Source of the DNA: an uncultured virus (IMG/VR IMGVR_UViG_3300011475_000006)
Taxonomy: Duplodnaviria > Heunggongvirae > Uroviricota > Caudoviricetes
Length of the DNA stretch: 64,000 nt
Strand: one strand, 5' to 3'
Virus record (IMG/VR): IMGVR_UViG_3300011475_000006
Shown here: piece after piece, positions 38,911-48,922 of the stretch
How positions within the stretch are numbered: position 1 is the first letter of the stretch
Layout of the letters: every line of letters starts with the position of its first letter
The notes under the pieces: model-generated
What the model was told of the DNA's origin: nothing
Seen by the model: only the letters and a program-made list of their open reading frames with translations
Databases searched by the model: none
Made by a program: the position numbers and the translations under genes

Positions 38911-39726
38911 ACCAACACGGCCAACTTCGCAAGCCTAGAAATTGGTGCCAAAAAACCCTCTACTTCGAGCTTCGTTGATTTCCATTTTCTTGGCACTAAC
39001 GACTATGACGCGCGCATTCTCTGCGGTGGTAATTCTAATGGTGCCATGGGGAAAGGAGACTTCACATTTTACGCCGGGAAATACGTTTTCATTGGCGACA
39101 GCTTTGAATTTCGTAACCCTATTACCTGTCAGAACAGCATTAGCGCCTCTGCAAAAATTTCGACCACTTCTGATATGGAGTGCAAAACTAAAATTGCTGT
39201 TTTAGCTTCAGCTGACAATCAAAATGCCCACCTGTGGTTCTATGGTACCGGAGGGGCATCCAGGGGGGTTATTTACTCCAGTCAAACAGGAATTATCCAG
39301 ATCCGTCCTGACAACAATGATAATGGCGGCTCTAACGGTTACTCGTTTGCATTTGGGGCTGATGGTAAGTTCACCTGCGTCACGATGAATCAGACCTCAG
39401 ATGAGCGAGTGAAATTCGACAAAGAACCCGTCAGTAACGCTCTGGAGAAGATTTGCTCCCTGACGGGTTATACGTTCAGCATCCAACTGACTGAATCGGA
39501 ATCGCTGCAGAGCGCAGGCATCATAGCTCAGGATTTGGAAAAGGTGTTGCCCGTCGCTGTAAGTTCTGGCGGGACCGGCACTACACCGACCGGAGAAGAG
39601 ATTAACGATCTCAAAACCGTGGACTACAGCGCAATGAGCGCACTGTATGTGGAAGCGATTAAGGAGCTGGTCGAACGGGTGAGTAGGCTTGAAGAAGACC
39701 TTAACGTATTTCGTGGGAAGGAATAG
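38422..39726 (+). CDS. Side tail fibre A with C-terminal S74 intramolecular chaperone
   Basis: Shared N-terminus to ARTNLGLG; TSDERVK...GIIAQD..VDYS..EAIKEL. Confidence 0.88.
   Translation: MLYNTGTIAINGNTATGTGTNWTAPASQVRAGQTIIVMSNPVQLFQISSVNSATAMTVTPAASPALSGQKYGILVSDIISVDGLAQAMSQLIKDYDENIGAWETFATTSANQSITVTINGSPVTIPGIGKLAQKGSNGALAVADGGTGATKAEDARTNLGLGDTNTANFASLEIGAKKPSTSSFVDFHFLGTNDYDARILCGGNSNGAMGKGDFTFYAGKYVFIGDSFEFRNPITCQNSISASAKISTTSDMECKTKIAVLASADNQNAHLWFYGTGGASRGVIYSSQTGIIQIRPDNNDNGGSNGYSFAFGADGKFTCVTMNQTSDERVKFDKEPVSNALEKICSLTGYTFSIQLTESESLQSAGIIAQDLEKVLPVAVSSGGTGTTPTGEEINDLKTVDYSAMSALYVEAIKELVERVSRLEEDLNVFRGKE
38885..38910 (+). other. gix/pix-like invertase crossover site (left)
   Basis: CTCGCAC-AAACCTCGGTTT-GGGAGAT; core as in Mu gix. 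Confidence 0.75.
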
Positions 39727-39728
39727 GC

Positions 39729-41213
39729 TTAATCCCCATCAGTTGGAAGGGGCAACGATTCCTGTTGCTGCTGTTTAAGGTTGTAAGGAGAGTTAACAGG
39801 CATCTCAACGCGCACAGACACAAACTGATCGTGGGGAATATCGACCGGATCGCCATTACTCAAGCCGTCCCGTTCGTTCCTGGCGAACGCCGGCGCTTCC
39901 GGGTATGTGCGGTGATAGGTTTTCACTAACACCGAACCGTCAGCATGAACCTCATAATCCAGCCAGATGAGCGGCTGTTTATTTCGGTCGGTTGGTATCT
40001 CGAATCCCCCATCAATACCGCCCCAGATAGCGTCAGAATTTAGACCACAGCACCCCTCAATCAGGTATTGCCCTGGTGCAATACGTAGAACAGTACATCC
40101 TTCTGATTCGTCGTTAACCTCACTACAGCCGTCAGAAAATACTTTCACAATGGGAGATGCTCGCTTAATGAAACCGTTGGCATCGACCGTAGTGTTTTTT
40201 GTTCCCCAAAGATTGTTGTATTGAGCTGTGCCTGCAGAAATGCTGGAATCATTACCTGCGGAGATCATCGCATTACCGGTTCTGTAATCTACCCACAACG
40301 TTGAAGCTGTNNNNNNNNNNCCCGCGCGGAAGTAAAGAGAGGCACCATACTGGAAGGTCTGCCCGCCAATAACGAGGTCTGAATTTAAAGTGCGAAACGC
40401 AGCTGTACCGCCATTTAATCTTCGCTCGTTCATACATTGTGCAACGTTCCCGATCTGAGAATCAAAACCAGTCCCAAGTGCTGCGCCTGAGGCGATGATA
40501 GCCCCGTCATTAGCGCGAAGAGAGAGGTAGCGATTTAAAGTGTTATTGGCTCCGTTGATGTGTAGCGTCAGGTAGTCGATACCGTCTGCGCGCCTTTCAG
40601 CATAGAAGCGGGCATAGTTTTTGATTGACCCGCTGTTGTCCTTCGATGTTGTCGTTAAAATTCCTGAAGCTGAAGAATCGTTATCTCGCGTAAGATTCAA
40701 ATTACTGAAGGCAACATTATCGCTGTTTCCCAAACCGAGGTTTGTGCGAGCGTCTTCTGCCTTAGCTGCTCCGGTTCCTCCGTCAGCAACAGCCAGCGCA
40801 CCGTTACTCCCTTTCTGTGCCAGTTTACCGATGCCGGGGATCGTTACAGAGGTTCCATTGATGGTAACTGTGATGCTCTGGTTTGCAGAGGTGGTGGCGA
40901 ACGTCTCCCACGCGCCAATGTTCTCGTCATACTCTTTGATGAGCTGCGACATGGCCTGCGCCAGGCCGTCGACTGAGATAATGTCCGATACAAGAATTCC
41001 ATACTTCTGGCCGCTGAGCGCAGGGGAAGCTGCAGGCGTAACCGTCATTGACGTGGCGCTGTTCACAGATGAAATCTGGAACAGCTGCACCGGGTTAGAC
41101 ATCACGATAATCGTCTGGCCAGCGCGAACCTGGCTGGCGGGTGCTGTCCAGTTTGTGCCGGTGCCGGTGGCGGTGTTTCCGTTAATGGCTATGGTTCCAG
41201 TGTTATAAAGCAT
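39729..41213 (-). CDS. Side tail fibre B (contains the 10-N gap)
   Basis: Same N-terminus as fibre A up to NLGLG, different C-terminus (NTTVDANGFIKRASPIVKVF..GIDGGFEIP). Confidence 0.82.
   Translation of the reverse strand: MLYNTGTIAINGNTATGTGTNWTAPASQVRAGQTIIVMSNPVQLFQISSVNSATSMTVTPAASPALSGQKYGILVSDIISVDGLAQAMSQLIKEYDENIGAWETFATTSANQSITVTINGTSVTIPGIGKLAQKGSNGALAVADGGTGAAKAEDARTNLGLGNSDNVAFSNLNLTRDNDSSASGILTTTSKDNSGSIKNYARFYAERRADGIDYLTLHINGANNTLNRYLSLRANDGAIIASGAALGTGFDSQIGNVAQCMNERRLNGGTAAFRTLNSDLVIGGQTFQYGASLYFRAXXXXTASTLWVDYRTGNAMISAGNDSSISAGTAQYNNLWGTKNTTVDANGFIKRASPIVKVFSDGCSEVNDESEGCTVLRIAPGQYLIEGCCGLNSDAIWGGIDGGFEIPTDRNKQPLIWLDYEVHADGSVLVKTYHRTYPEAPAFARNERDGLSNGDPVDIPHDQFVSVRVEMPVNSPYNLKQQQQESLPLPTDGD
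40725..40750 (-). other. gix/pix-like invertase crossover site (right, inverted)
   Basis: - strand CTCGCAC-AAACCTCGGTTT-GGGAAAC. Confidence 0.75.
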
Positions 41214-42638
41214 ATTTTCTCCAGACAATAAAAAACCCGCCAAATAGCGGGTTTGAGAACAATAAATTGATTATTGTAATTACAACTGTGTAAACGAACC
41301 GGTGCCTCGCATAATCAACATCGCAGGCGATTTAATTGATACACCACCACCTTCAGCCCTCGCAACAATAGAGCAATCAACTACTCTGGCTGATGTTCTT
41401 ACAGAAAATATAATGGCTGAGCAATCTGTAGTGCTGTATGCAGAAACCCCTTGATTACTTAACTGAACGACAAACTGTTTAGATGCACCTGCGATAGTGA
41501 CCGTTACTCTCGCAGTGCCTGCTGTTGCTGGGCGGTATGAATCAATCATACACATAACGAGTACTTGTTTGTCCAGGGAGCCTGTAGTGCTGTCAGTATA
41601 TCTGAACGACCTTTTTGTATCGGTGTTTCCCGCAGTCATTTCTGTATCTGCAAATACATAACCGTTAGCTACGTCGCCAATGAAACTTGTTGCCTCAACC
41701 GTGCCTTTGAATTTTCCACTCGTTGCATTTATCTCTCCGGTAAAACTCCCATTGGTTGCATACACAGTTCCACGGATGGTCACATTATTGAATGTTGCAT
41801 AACCGGATTTGTTGATATGCCAGCCAACGTTCCCTGTCCCGTCCCAGGTTGTCGACTGGATGTAGCTGCCTATTTTTAGGTTGCTGATTGTCCCATCACC
41901 AATGACCGTGTCCCGGATTATCGTTTGCCCGTTCTGAATAACGAACGGAAGCGTAACGGTCGCTCCGGCCTGGTGAGTCACCGCGAAACGGTCAGCCAGG
42001 AAGATAACCTGCGACTGCATCCCGGATGGCGTATTCTCAACGCCGATCCCCATCCCCGCGGCGTAATACTGCCCGTTGCTGGAGACGCCAACCTTGATGT
42101 TGTACATCGCGCTCAGGTCGCCATTTACGTTCGCTATCGCCTGAGCGTTAGTTGTAATGGCTGAGGTATGCCCGTTCACCGTCGCCGTTATGCCGTTTAT
42201 CTGCGTGGCCGTAGCCTGCTGATAGTCGGAGAACGTCTGATTCAGGCTGTTGATGGATGCCTTGTTGCCGTTGACGTCCGTCTGCAGGCTCAGCAGCGAG
42301 CGCGCCGTTGCCTCCTTCTCGTTAACGATTACCTCATCAATACGATCCAGCTGCGCACTGTTACCGGCGACCGTTGCGGATAGCCTTTTACGCGTAGCCA
42401 CCTGCGCCAGCCCGTTCTGGATAATGGCAATGGCTGAGTTTTTCACCCCGCCCGTCATGCCGTCCATAGAGACAGAAATTTCATCAATCTTAACTTCGGC
42501 CTGGGCCAGCCCGTCAGCATTTTCTTTGATGGCCAGCGCCTGCAGCTCAAGTTCATCGTTGGCCTGTTTGATGTCGTCAGCCATGCCAGCAATTTTTTCA
42601 TTGCTGTCTACCGCGTTCTCGATCAGGTCTTTGAACGT
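40725..42638 (-). repeat. Right arm of the 1914-bp inverted repeat
   Basis: Reverse complement of 36997-38910 with scattered substitutions. Confidence 0.9.
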
Positions 42639-45134
42639 ATCGGAGTCTTTAATTTCCTCCAGGATCACATCTGTGATGTCGGAAACATCGATGCTGGCCT
42701 GTCCTCGCACCCATTCTGCGTACCCTGATTCGTTGCCGCTGCGGTCCACCAGCTGCGCGCGGTACCAGAAAATCTGCCCAGCCTTAAGGCCCATCTGCTG
42801 ATATTTGCGCTGCGGATAAGGCACATCGGCCAGCAGCATCGCATCGTCCTCGGTACCGGTCAGGCTGTACTGAATTTCCGTCTTAAGCGTGTCGTCGGTA
42901 TTAGCCGGGAATCCCCAGTTCAGCTCGATACCGAATACCACGTTTTCAGAAGCGATGAAGCCAACCGGCTTCGGTGGGTTGCCCACTTTCCCCGTCAGTG
43001 TTTTCTCTTCTGAATAGCCCCAGCCGGACGAGATTTCTGCGGCATTGATTGCGCGCACGCGCACCAGGTAGCGCCCTGCATAAATCCCGGGGACGTCGAA
43101 TGACGTGGTAGAGCTGCGTGGCACGTTTACCCAGTTCCCGTCGTTACGCCGCCATTGAGCCTCATAGGCTATAGCGTTCTGCGCCTGGTCCCAGCTCACG
43201 CGCATCGTTTCGACGCTGATATTTTGCTGCACCACTGAAAACGAGCTGATCACGATGTTCGCAGGTGGCGACTGGTTGCCCGGCGGGATCACGCTCACCG
43301 GCCGCTGGTCAATGATGGCTCCGGTATCAATGCGATCGAATTTATCCGGTTCGTGATTTGCACCGACGATTGTGAACGTGCCGTCATTATTATCAGTTAC
43401 CGTAATAACGCGATACTGCTGTGCGTAGAGTTCATCAGACTCAATGACCCATACGGCCTCAGCCACAGGCGTTTCGCTGTAAGCGGTCGTAACGGTCACT
43501 TTATTGCCCGTTATCGACTGAATGGTGCGAGACTGTGAAACACCCGATGGAAGATTGACAATCATCCTGTCGGCTGCCGAAGCATCCGGAGCCCTGTCCA
43601 GGGTCAGCACGCGACCATTCACCGCAGAGATACGGCCGCCCAAGTCGCGCCCGGAGAGATTTCGGTCCGCTACAGCGATTACATAGCCGGGCTGTGGAAT
43701 GTTGCCATCTTCCCCTACATTGAAAGTAACAATGCGATCTTTATTGTTGGTGAGGATCCCCCATCGCCCTTTCCGATTCGCTTCCGACTGACGGGTACAA
43801 CCGATCGCAGTTATCTCAAGTTGATTAAACCCATAACGCGCAACAAGTGCCTGCTCAAAAACAGGCTCCATCGCATCAGAATAGGCGTTATCAGGATCCG
43901 ACCAGGACACCAGCGCATTGGTGTAACGGTTCTTTGTAGTACTGCTGGAATAGGTAAATCGGCCATCAATAACGTTCGCATGAGTGTATGTAAAATCAAC
44001 ATCTCTCGGCATGTCCGCCAGCGCTACAATCTGGTCGTCGCCCCAGTAGGTCATCCCGCGGAAGATAGCAGCAAAATCACGCAGGACCGTATAAGCGTCG
44101 TTGCGTTCCTGAATGTATACGTTGCAGGTATAACGTGGTTCGGTACCACTTCCGCCTTTGCCATCCGGTACCAGTTGATCGCAATACTGTGCAACCTGGT
44201 AGAGCGTCCATTTATCTATGTTGGCCGTTGTAAGACGATCCCCAAGTCCGAAACGGTCGCTGACCACCAGGTCGTAGAAAATCCATGCAGGGTTATCGGT
44301 CCAGGCCCATTTAAATGTCCCAGCCCACGTACCGCTATAAGTGCGGGTTTCGGGGTCGTAAGTATCCGGTACGCGGATAACTCGGCCGCGGGGCTCGCAG
44401 GAGATCTGCGGGATAGAGCCGTTAAACTGGCTGGAATCGAATTCGATATAAAGCAGCGCTGTGTTTGGATAGCGTAATTTGGCGTCAATTACCTCGGTGA
44501 AGCTCTGCAGCATCATCGTGTCGCCGATCTTCGCGCTGTTGGCATCAGACGTAATCTTACGTAGTCGGATTGTCCAGGTGCTGCCAGCCTGAGGTAAATC
44601 AATACGGTGGCTGCGCTCGTAACCAGAAGTCGTTTTGCCGGTCACGCTGGTATTGAGTACCGTCTGCCATGTACCGCCGTCCATCTGCAGGTCAATCGCA
44701 TAATTAACCGAGTAACCTACCAGATCGCCGTCGTCCTCCTGCTTGAAAAGCGAAGGCCATTTCATACGCAGGCGAACCGCTGAAAGCTGCGTATTGGTAA
44801 ACGTGCGCGTCCACGCTGTAGCGCTCGATACCTCAGTTCCCACGCTGATTTCGTTTTCGGTACCCGGGATCCCTTGAATGTATTTTTGTGCCTGAGTTCC
44901 TGGCCGAAACTCCCACGTCACACCGCTGAAGTTTTGGGAGCCGTCAGCATTCTCCAGAGCCGTTCCGTCCAGGTAGATATCTTTGCCGGTTAGCTGCCCT
45001 GCAAACTCCCCTTCCCCAAGCGCAACCAGTATTTTAGCCTTCGCTACAGATTGCAGATCGTCAGGCTGTTCGGTAGGGGTTCGGGAACTGGAGCTGCCGC
45101 CCTTGCGGCCTTTTATAGCGATTGCAGTTGCCAT
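41280..45134 (-). CDS. J: gpJ-like central tail fibre
   Basis: 1284 aa; DNPAWIFYDL, EPRYTCN; C-terminus nearly identical to the prophage 1 J. Confidence 0.92.
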   Translation of the reverse strand: MATAIAIKGRKGGSSSSRTPTEQPDDLQSVAKAKILVALGEGEFAGQLTGKDIYLDGTALENADGSQNFSGVTWEFRPGTQAQKYIQGIPGTENEISVGTEVSSATAWTRTFTNTQLSAVRLRMKWPSLFKQEDDGDLVGYSVNYAIDLQMDGGTWQTVLNTSVTGKTTSGYERSHRIDLPQAGSTWTIRLRKITSDANSAKIGDTMMLQSFTEVIDAKLRYPNTALLYIEFDSSQFNGSIPQISCEPRGRVIRVPDTYDPETRTYSGTWAGTFKWAWTDNPAWIFYDLVVSDRFGLGDRLTTANIDKWTLYQVAQYCDQLVPDGKGGSGTEPRYTCNVYIQERNDAYTVLRDFAAIFRGMTYWGDDQIVALADMPRDVDFTYTHANVIDGRFTYSSSTTKNRYTNALVSWSDPDNAYSDAMEPVFEQALVARYGFNQLEITAIGCTRQSEANRKGRWGILTNNKDRIVTFNVGEDGNIPQPGYVIAVADRNLSGRDLGGRISAVNGRVLTLDRAPDASAADRMIVNLPSGVSQSRTIQSITGNKVTVTTAYSETPVAEAVWVIESDELYAQQYRVITVTDNNDGTFTIVGANHEPDKFDRIDTGAIIDQRPVSVIPPGNQSPPANIVISSFSVVQQNISVETMRVSWDQAQNAIAYEAQWRRNDGNWVNVPRSSTTSFDVPGIYAGRYLVRVRAINAAEISSGWGYSEEKTLTGKVGNPPKPVGFIASENVVFGIELNWGFPANTDDTLKTEIQYSLTGTEDDAMLLADVPYPQRKYQQMGLKAGQIFWYRAQLVDRSGNESGYAEWVRGQASIDVSDITDVILEEIKDSDTFKDLIENAVDSNEKIAGMADDIKQANDELELQALAIKENADGLAQAEVKIDEISVSMDGMTGGVKNSAIAIIQNGLAQVATRKRLSATVAGNSAQLDRIDEVIVNEKEATARSLLSLQTDVNGNKASINSLNQTFSDYQQATATQINGITATVNGHTSAITTNAQAIANVNGDLSAMYNIKVGVSSNGQYYAAGMGIGVENTPSGMQSQVIFLADRFAVTHQAGATVTLPFVIQNGQTIIRDTVIGDGTISNLKIGSYIQSTTWDGTGNVGWHINKSGYATFNNVTIRGTVYATNGSFTGEINATSGKFKGTVEATSFIGDVANGYVFADTEMTAGNTDTKRSFRYTDSTTGSLDKQVLVMCMIDSYRPATAGTARVTVTIAGASKQFVVQLSNQGVSAYSTTDCSAIIFSVRTSARVVDCSIVARAEGGGVSIKSPAMLIMRGTGSFTQL

Positions 45135-45186
45135 ATTGCACCCATAAAAAAAGCCACCCGAAGGTGGCCTGAAAGAAGGTATTTAT

Positions 45187-45783
45187 TTATTGCTGATCTT
45201 CAACATAAATCCCGGCAGAAATAATCGCGCCACCGATTCGCCGGCGACCATACAGGAGCGGTACCGAATTCCCCTGGGCTGTCGTATTTGTGACTCCACC
45301 AAAGGCATAACTGGCCTTGTTGTCCGCCGATTGCTTGCTGGCGAGTCCGGTTGTCTGCGGCGAGAGCATCTGCACAATGCCGCCCAAGGCCATTGCCCCT
45401 CCGATCTGGAACATAATGTTACTCGCGGTGATACCTACTCCAGGCATCCAGATTGCAGCAGCAACAAGTGCAACACCGAGGATGGTTTGGAAGATACCTC
45501 CTCGCTTACTCCCAACGATAACTGGCGCTATGCGAATATCAGCCGAGCTCTGATCCATGACGAGTTCATCATTGTTCAGGTTACGCTTACCGCTGAAAAC
45601 CGCGTAAGTCAGGCCCCGTTGCTTACTGGTATTCAGGAAACGTTCAAAGCCGGGAAGGATGACACATAGGGCTCGAACTGCTTCTTTTGGAGAAGAAACA
45701 TATAGTTTGAATTCACGACCAAAGGTAGCCCCGAGGACTCCGTAAAGGCGAATCGTTCTGATTGAGTCACGTGCTTTAATCAC
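45187..45783 (-). CDS. I: gpI-like tail assembly protein
   Basis: IRLYGVLG; VPLLYG.RRIGGAIISAG; start uncertain. Confidence 0.85.
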   Translation of the reverse strand: MIKARDSIRTIRLYGVLGATFGREFKLYVSSPKEAVRALCVILPGFERFLNTSKQRGLTYAVFSGKRNLNNDELVMDQSSADIRIAPVIVGSKRGGIFQTILGVALVAAAIWMPGVGITASNIMFQIGGAMALGGIVQMLSPQTTGLASKQSADNKASYAFGGVTNTTAQGNSVPLLYGRRRIGGAIISAGIYVEDQQ

Positions 45784-45880
45784 AAGCAATCCACTCCCAA
45801 AAAAGCCCATTGATTAAGATGGGCGCTGCGTAATTACATGGCATATGGCAATTAGATTAGAAAGTTGATTGAATATAGAT

Positions 45881-46528
45881 TTAAACCCAACTTTGAATCC
45901 ATTTCCAAAATGAAGAACACTGTTTCAGTGATTCAATCGACTTCATTTCAGGGTGGTTTAGATTGAATGTTACGAAGCTATTAGGGCATTTTGCGGATAG
46001 TGAAAAATAGCTCACTAAACAAGCATCAATCTTCGCATCATCGGTGGAGTGGTACATGCCATCAATAAGTGAGGCAGTTGGAGGAAGATACTTCGCCTTC
46101 ATCAACTGATAATTCAAATCTGTTACTTCCATAACTGGTGCCATAGCACAAATTTGCGCTGCATTGAGATAGGATTTCCCATCCCCCTGGCAATTAGCCG
46201 AAGCATCTACGAATGCGTCTTGCAAATCAGATCGCAGCCTTACATAGTCTTGATCCAAAGCCTTAGAGCTTGAGAACACACCGAAAATGCCAAATGCGAC
46301 TCCTAAAGCGAACATCCCTCCGCCAACTTTGAAATCACAGTCACCCCATGTAATCCATCTAAATAAAAACAATGTCAGCCCAAGCCCTGTGAATAGTTGC
46401 CCACCGCCAGTCCATAGATTGAAATCGCAACTGAAAATATTATTAACTAAAAGTTAACCACCAATTATGGTAGGGCTTAATATTAAAATCCATTTTAAAA
46501 AACCCTTTATTTCATTGTTTAGTTGCAT
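45881..46528 (-). pseudogene. AT-rich membrane-protein moron with an in-frame stop at codon 25
   Basis: ATG 46528 MQLNNEIKGFLKWILILSPTIIGG* (TAA 46454-46456) continues in frame into ORF 45881-46372. Confidence 0.6.
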
Positions 46529-46567
46529 GCATTAGACCAGCCTAATTAATGTTTAAGACAATTATTA

Positions 46568-47281
46568 TTAAATAAAAAGCGATTTGTGACGAACTGTTTT
46601 CATTGTTCGATCGCGCCAATAACCGCCATAAGGAACCCGTTGGCTCAAGTGCCCATAAAGGTGATGCAGTAGCATGTTGCCTTCCAGCAGAATCCCCGCA
46701 TGATTCCACTTATCAGCCTGAACCTGCATGATCACCATATCGCCTGGTTTTGGCGGCCCGTCGAATTCAAGGAATCCGCACTCATACCAGCAATCCTGAT
46801 AGAAATTGTCCGGATAGTCGTTTTCCCACCAGGGATAATCGACCCGGTAATCGTGAAGCTCGATACCATGCGTTTGCCGGAAATAGCTCATTACCAGCCC
46901 CCAGCAGTCAAAGTGACCAAGTACAAACGGACGCTCGAGCAGCGGCAGTTCTCCACGCGGCTGAATGGTCCGTAAATCCCCCTCCGGCCAGCTCACGATA
47001 TGCCAGGGTAAAAGGGTTGCATCGCATTGCGCTTTATCCAGTTCGCTCGGTTGCGTCGTGGCATCAGGGTGACTGTGAGCGATGGCAATGACCTTCCCCC
47101 AGTCTTCAGCAGCTGCATAGTCTTCGGGGCAAAGTACAAAATTGTCCTCCGGCACCACGGCAAGATTCCGGCACGGGAAATAACGTTCAACACGGCTTTT
47201 CTGCGCCACCACGCCGCAACACTCGCGAGGATACTCAGCTGCAGCATGGGCCATAATCGCATCGATGGTTTTCTGACGCAT
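46568..47281 (-). CDS. K: gpK-like tail protein
   Basis: YPRECCG, HSHPD, DCW, NHAGI. Confidence 0.9.
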   Translation of the reverse strand: MRQKTIDAIMAHAAAEYPRECCGVVAQKSRVERYFPCRNLAVVPEDNFVLCPEDYAAAEDWGKVIAIAHSHPDATTQPSELDKAQCDATLLPWHIVSWPEGDLRTIQPRGELPLLERPFVLGHFDCWGLVMSYFRQTHGIELHDYRVDYPWWENDYPDNFYQDCWYECGFLEFDGPPKPGDMVIMQVQADKWNHAGILLEGNMLLHHLYGHLSQRVPYGGYWRDRTMKTVRHKSLFI

Positions 47282-47282
47282 A

Positions 47283-48038
47283 TCAGCTCCTGATCAAAGA
47301 CGTGCCTGGGAACCCACCGAACGGCAGTTCGTTGCCGTCTCCATGCCGGAGCTTACAGGCCGTAAGCGTGCCGTTGCATTCGTCCAGAGAAGGGTCGCTC
47401 ACCTGGTTGTTGTTTTTATCGAAATAGCGGGTTCCGGCATAGTCACAGCCGTCGCCGGTGCGATATTTATTCCGGATACACCAGGTACACAGAGAATGAA
47501 GCTGACGTGTCGGGATCATCAATCCCTGCAGGTCCATCGGACTGGTAAGAACAAACTCAATACTTTCGCCGGGCAACTCACTATTTTTACCGTCGATGTA
47601 GAAAACTCGTTTCCTCACCTGCAGGGGATCTGCTGTGGGATTTCCATCCGGGAAATTGCGCGCATCGAGATAATGCGTAAATGTGTCATGAATAGTGACC
47701 TTGGCCTGCAGCATATCGTCATAAGCAAGACAGAGCGCCGTGATTGAGCTGTCAATATTTGCCACGGTAAGCGTAGGCTGCGCACTGCTGCCATAGGTAG
47801 AGGCTTCCAGCCCCTCCAGCTTATATGGCCAGGCACCATACTCTTCGCCCTGCCACCAGATGCTCTTCGCCTTAAGCTTTGATTCGTCGCCACCAGCAGC
47901 CGCAATTTCATCTTCGGTATGCGGCAAGTTATATGCATGAAAGCGCAGAACGTTGTCCAGACCAAACGCAGAACCGTCCACCTCGAGAAGACGCATTTTT
48001 TCACCAGGTTCGAGGCGTTGATAATCTTCGGTAATCAT
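47283..48038 (-). CDS. L: gpL-like minor tail protein
   Basis: CTWC..YR.GDGCDY; LPFGGFPG. Confidence 0.9.
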   Translation of the reverse strand: MITEDYQRLEPGEKMRLLEVDGSAFGLDNVLRFHAYNLPHTEDEIAAAGGDESKLKAKSIWWQGEEYGAWPYKLEGLEASTYGSSAQPTLTVANIDSSITALCLAYDDMLQAKVTIHDTFTHYLDARNFPDGNPTADPLQVRKRVFYIDGKNSELPGESIEFVLTSPMDLQGLMIPTRQLHSLCTWCIRNKYRTGDGCDYAGTRYFDKNNNQVSDPSLDECNGTLTACKLRHGDGNELPFGGFPGTSLIRS

Positions 48039-48382
48039 GGTGCGTATGCCTGCTTGAAGGTTGCTTTTATGATCATCACTTTGCTGGAGAGCGGCTGGGC
48101 TTTAATGGAATCAGCTTCTATCCGGTATAAACCGGTTTCGCCAACAGGGGATGTCCAGATAAAGGATTTTGTAATGTGTTCGCGGCAAAAACTCAGAGCT
48201 GCAAGTATCTCTGCCTTCTTCCCAGTAAGAGTCATTGGCCAGGACTGTTTTTCAGGATTAATTCCATCCCCAACGATCTGCTCATAACCGTCACCAAAGG
48301 ATGCAGAACGAGTTGAGTAGCTGAACTCCCCCTCCATTCCTGCATGTATCTGGGTTCGCCAAGTGAATGTTTGGATCGCCAC
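48035..48382 (-). CDS. M: gpM-like distal tail protein
   Basis: SFGDGYEQ; SFIWTSP. Confidence 0.88.
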   Translation of the reverse strand: MAIQTFTWRTQIHAGMEGEFSYSTRSASFGDGYEQIVGDGINPEKQSWPMTLTGKKAEILAALSFCREHITKSFIWTSPVGETGLYRIEADSIKAQPLSSKVMIIKATFKQAYAP

Positions 48383-48444
48383 TTATCCTCCGGGTATAAA
48401 AAAACCCGCAGAAGCGGGTTATTCACAAGAGTGCATACGAGGTA

Positions 48445-48765
48445 TTAAAACGTTTCTATGGTCGAAATTCGGTAGACATAAGGGCCACGCTGCATTCCGT
48501 CCTCGTCAGTTTCGTTATATGTAATGACACCGTCTACATTTAGGGGGATATCAAGAATATCAATTGTTGCGGTGTTTTTTTGGATTGTTGAACCCCAATC
48601 CAGAAGAGCTAACCCATCCCCAAATTCTTCCATTACGAATGGGTAACGCTCAACTCCCCATGTCTCAAAGTTTTCTACAAAACCAAAACCGAAGGCAGCA
48701 GAGTCATAATTTAGCTTTTTGTCATTCAGGCACTGGAGAAACGAATGAAATGCTTGATTTTCCAT
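48445..48765 (-). CDS. AT-rich hypothetical moron between TMP and M
   Basis: 106-aa ORF followed by a terminator (48397-48420); start uncertain. Confidence 0.5.
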   Translation of the reverse strand: MENQAFHSFLQCLNDKKLNYDSAAFGFGFVENFETWGVERYPFVMEEFGDGLALLDWGSTIQKNTATIDILDIPLNVDGVITYNETDEDGMQRGPYVYRISTIETF

Positions 48766-48922
48766 CCCCTACCCACAGGGCTGTCACTTTAATTGAAGCC
48801 ATTCAAAAAACCTTAACTTATTAATTTCAAGGAGATAATCATAACACCTCAGTATGAGGATGGTCTGTATTCTTGATACGATTACCAAAAATAGGGGTAC
48901 TACAAATGAGAGTTCCTGTTAA

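Larger units (their letters stand above)
1..39726 (+). mobile_element. Prophage 1, lambda-like cos-type siphovirus (integrase to tail fibre); att sites not visible in window
   Basis: Canonical lambdoid gene order int-xis-early-cI-cro-replication-Q-lysis-cos-head-tail. Confidence 0.95.

Noticed and set aside
40311..40320. N gap as the cause of the prophage-prophage junction
   Set aside because: The junction (39726/39729) is in contiguous sequence about 580 bp away and both sides of the gap read as the same fibre gene; misassembly through the 1.9-kb repeats is still not excluded
38000..42000. Invertase gene next to the ix sites
   Set aside because: No serine recombinase ORF anywhere in the window; it would have to act in trans
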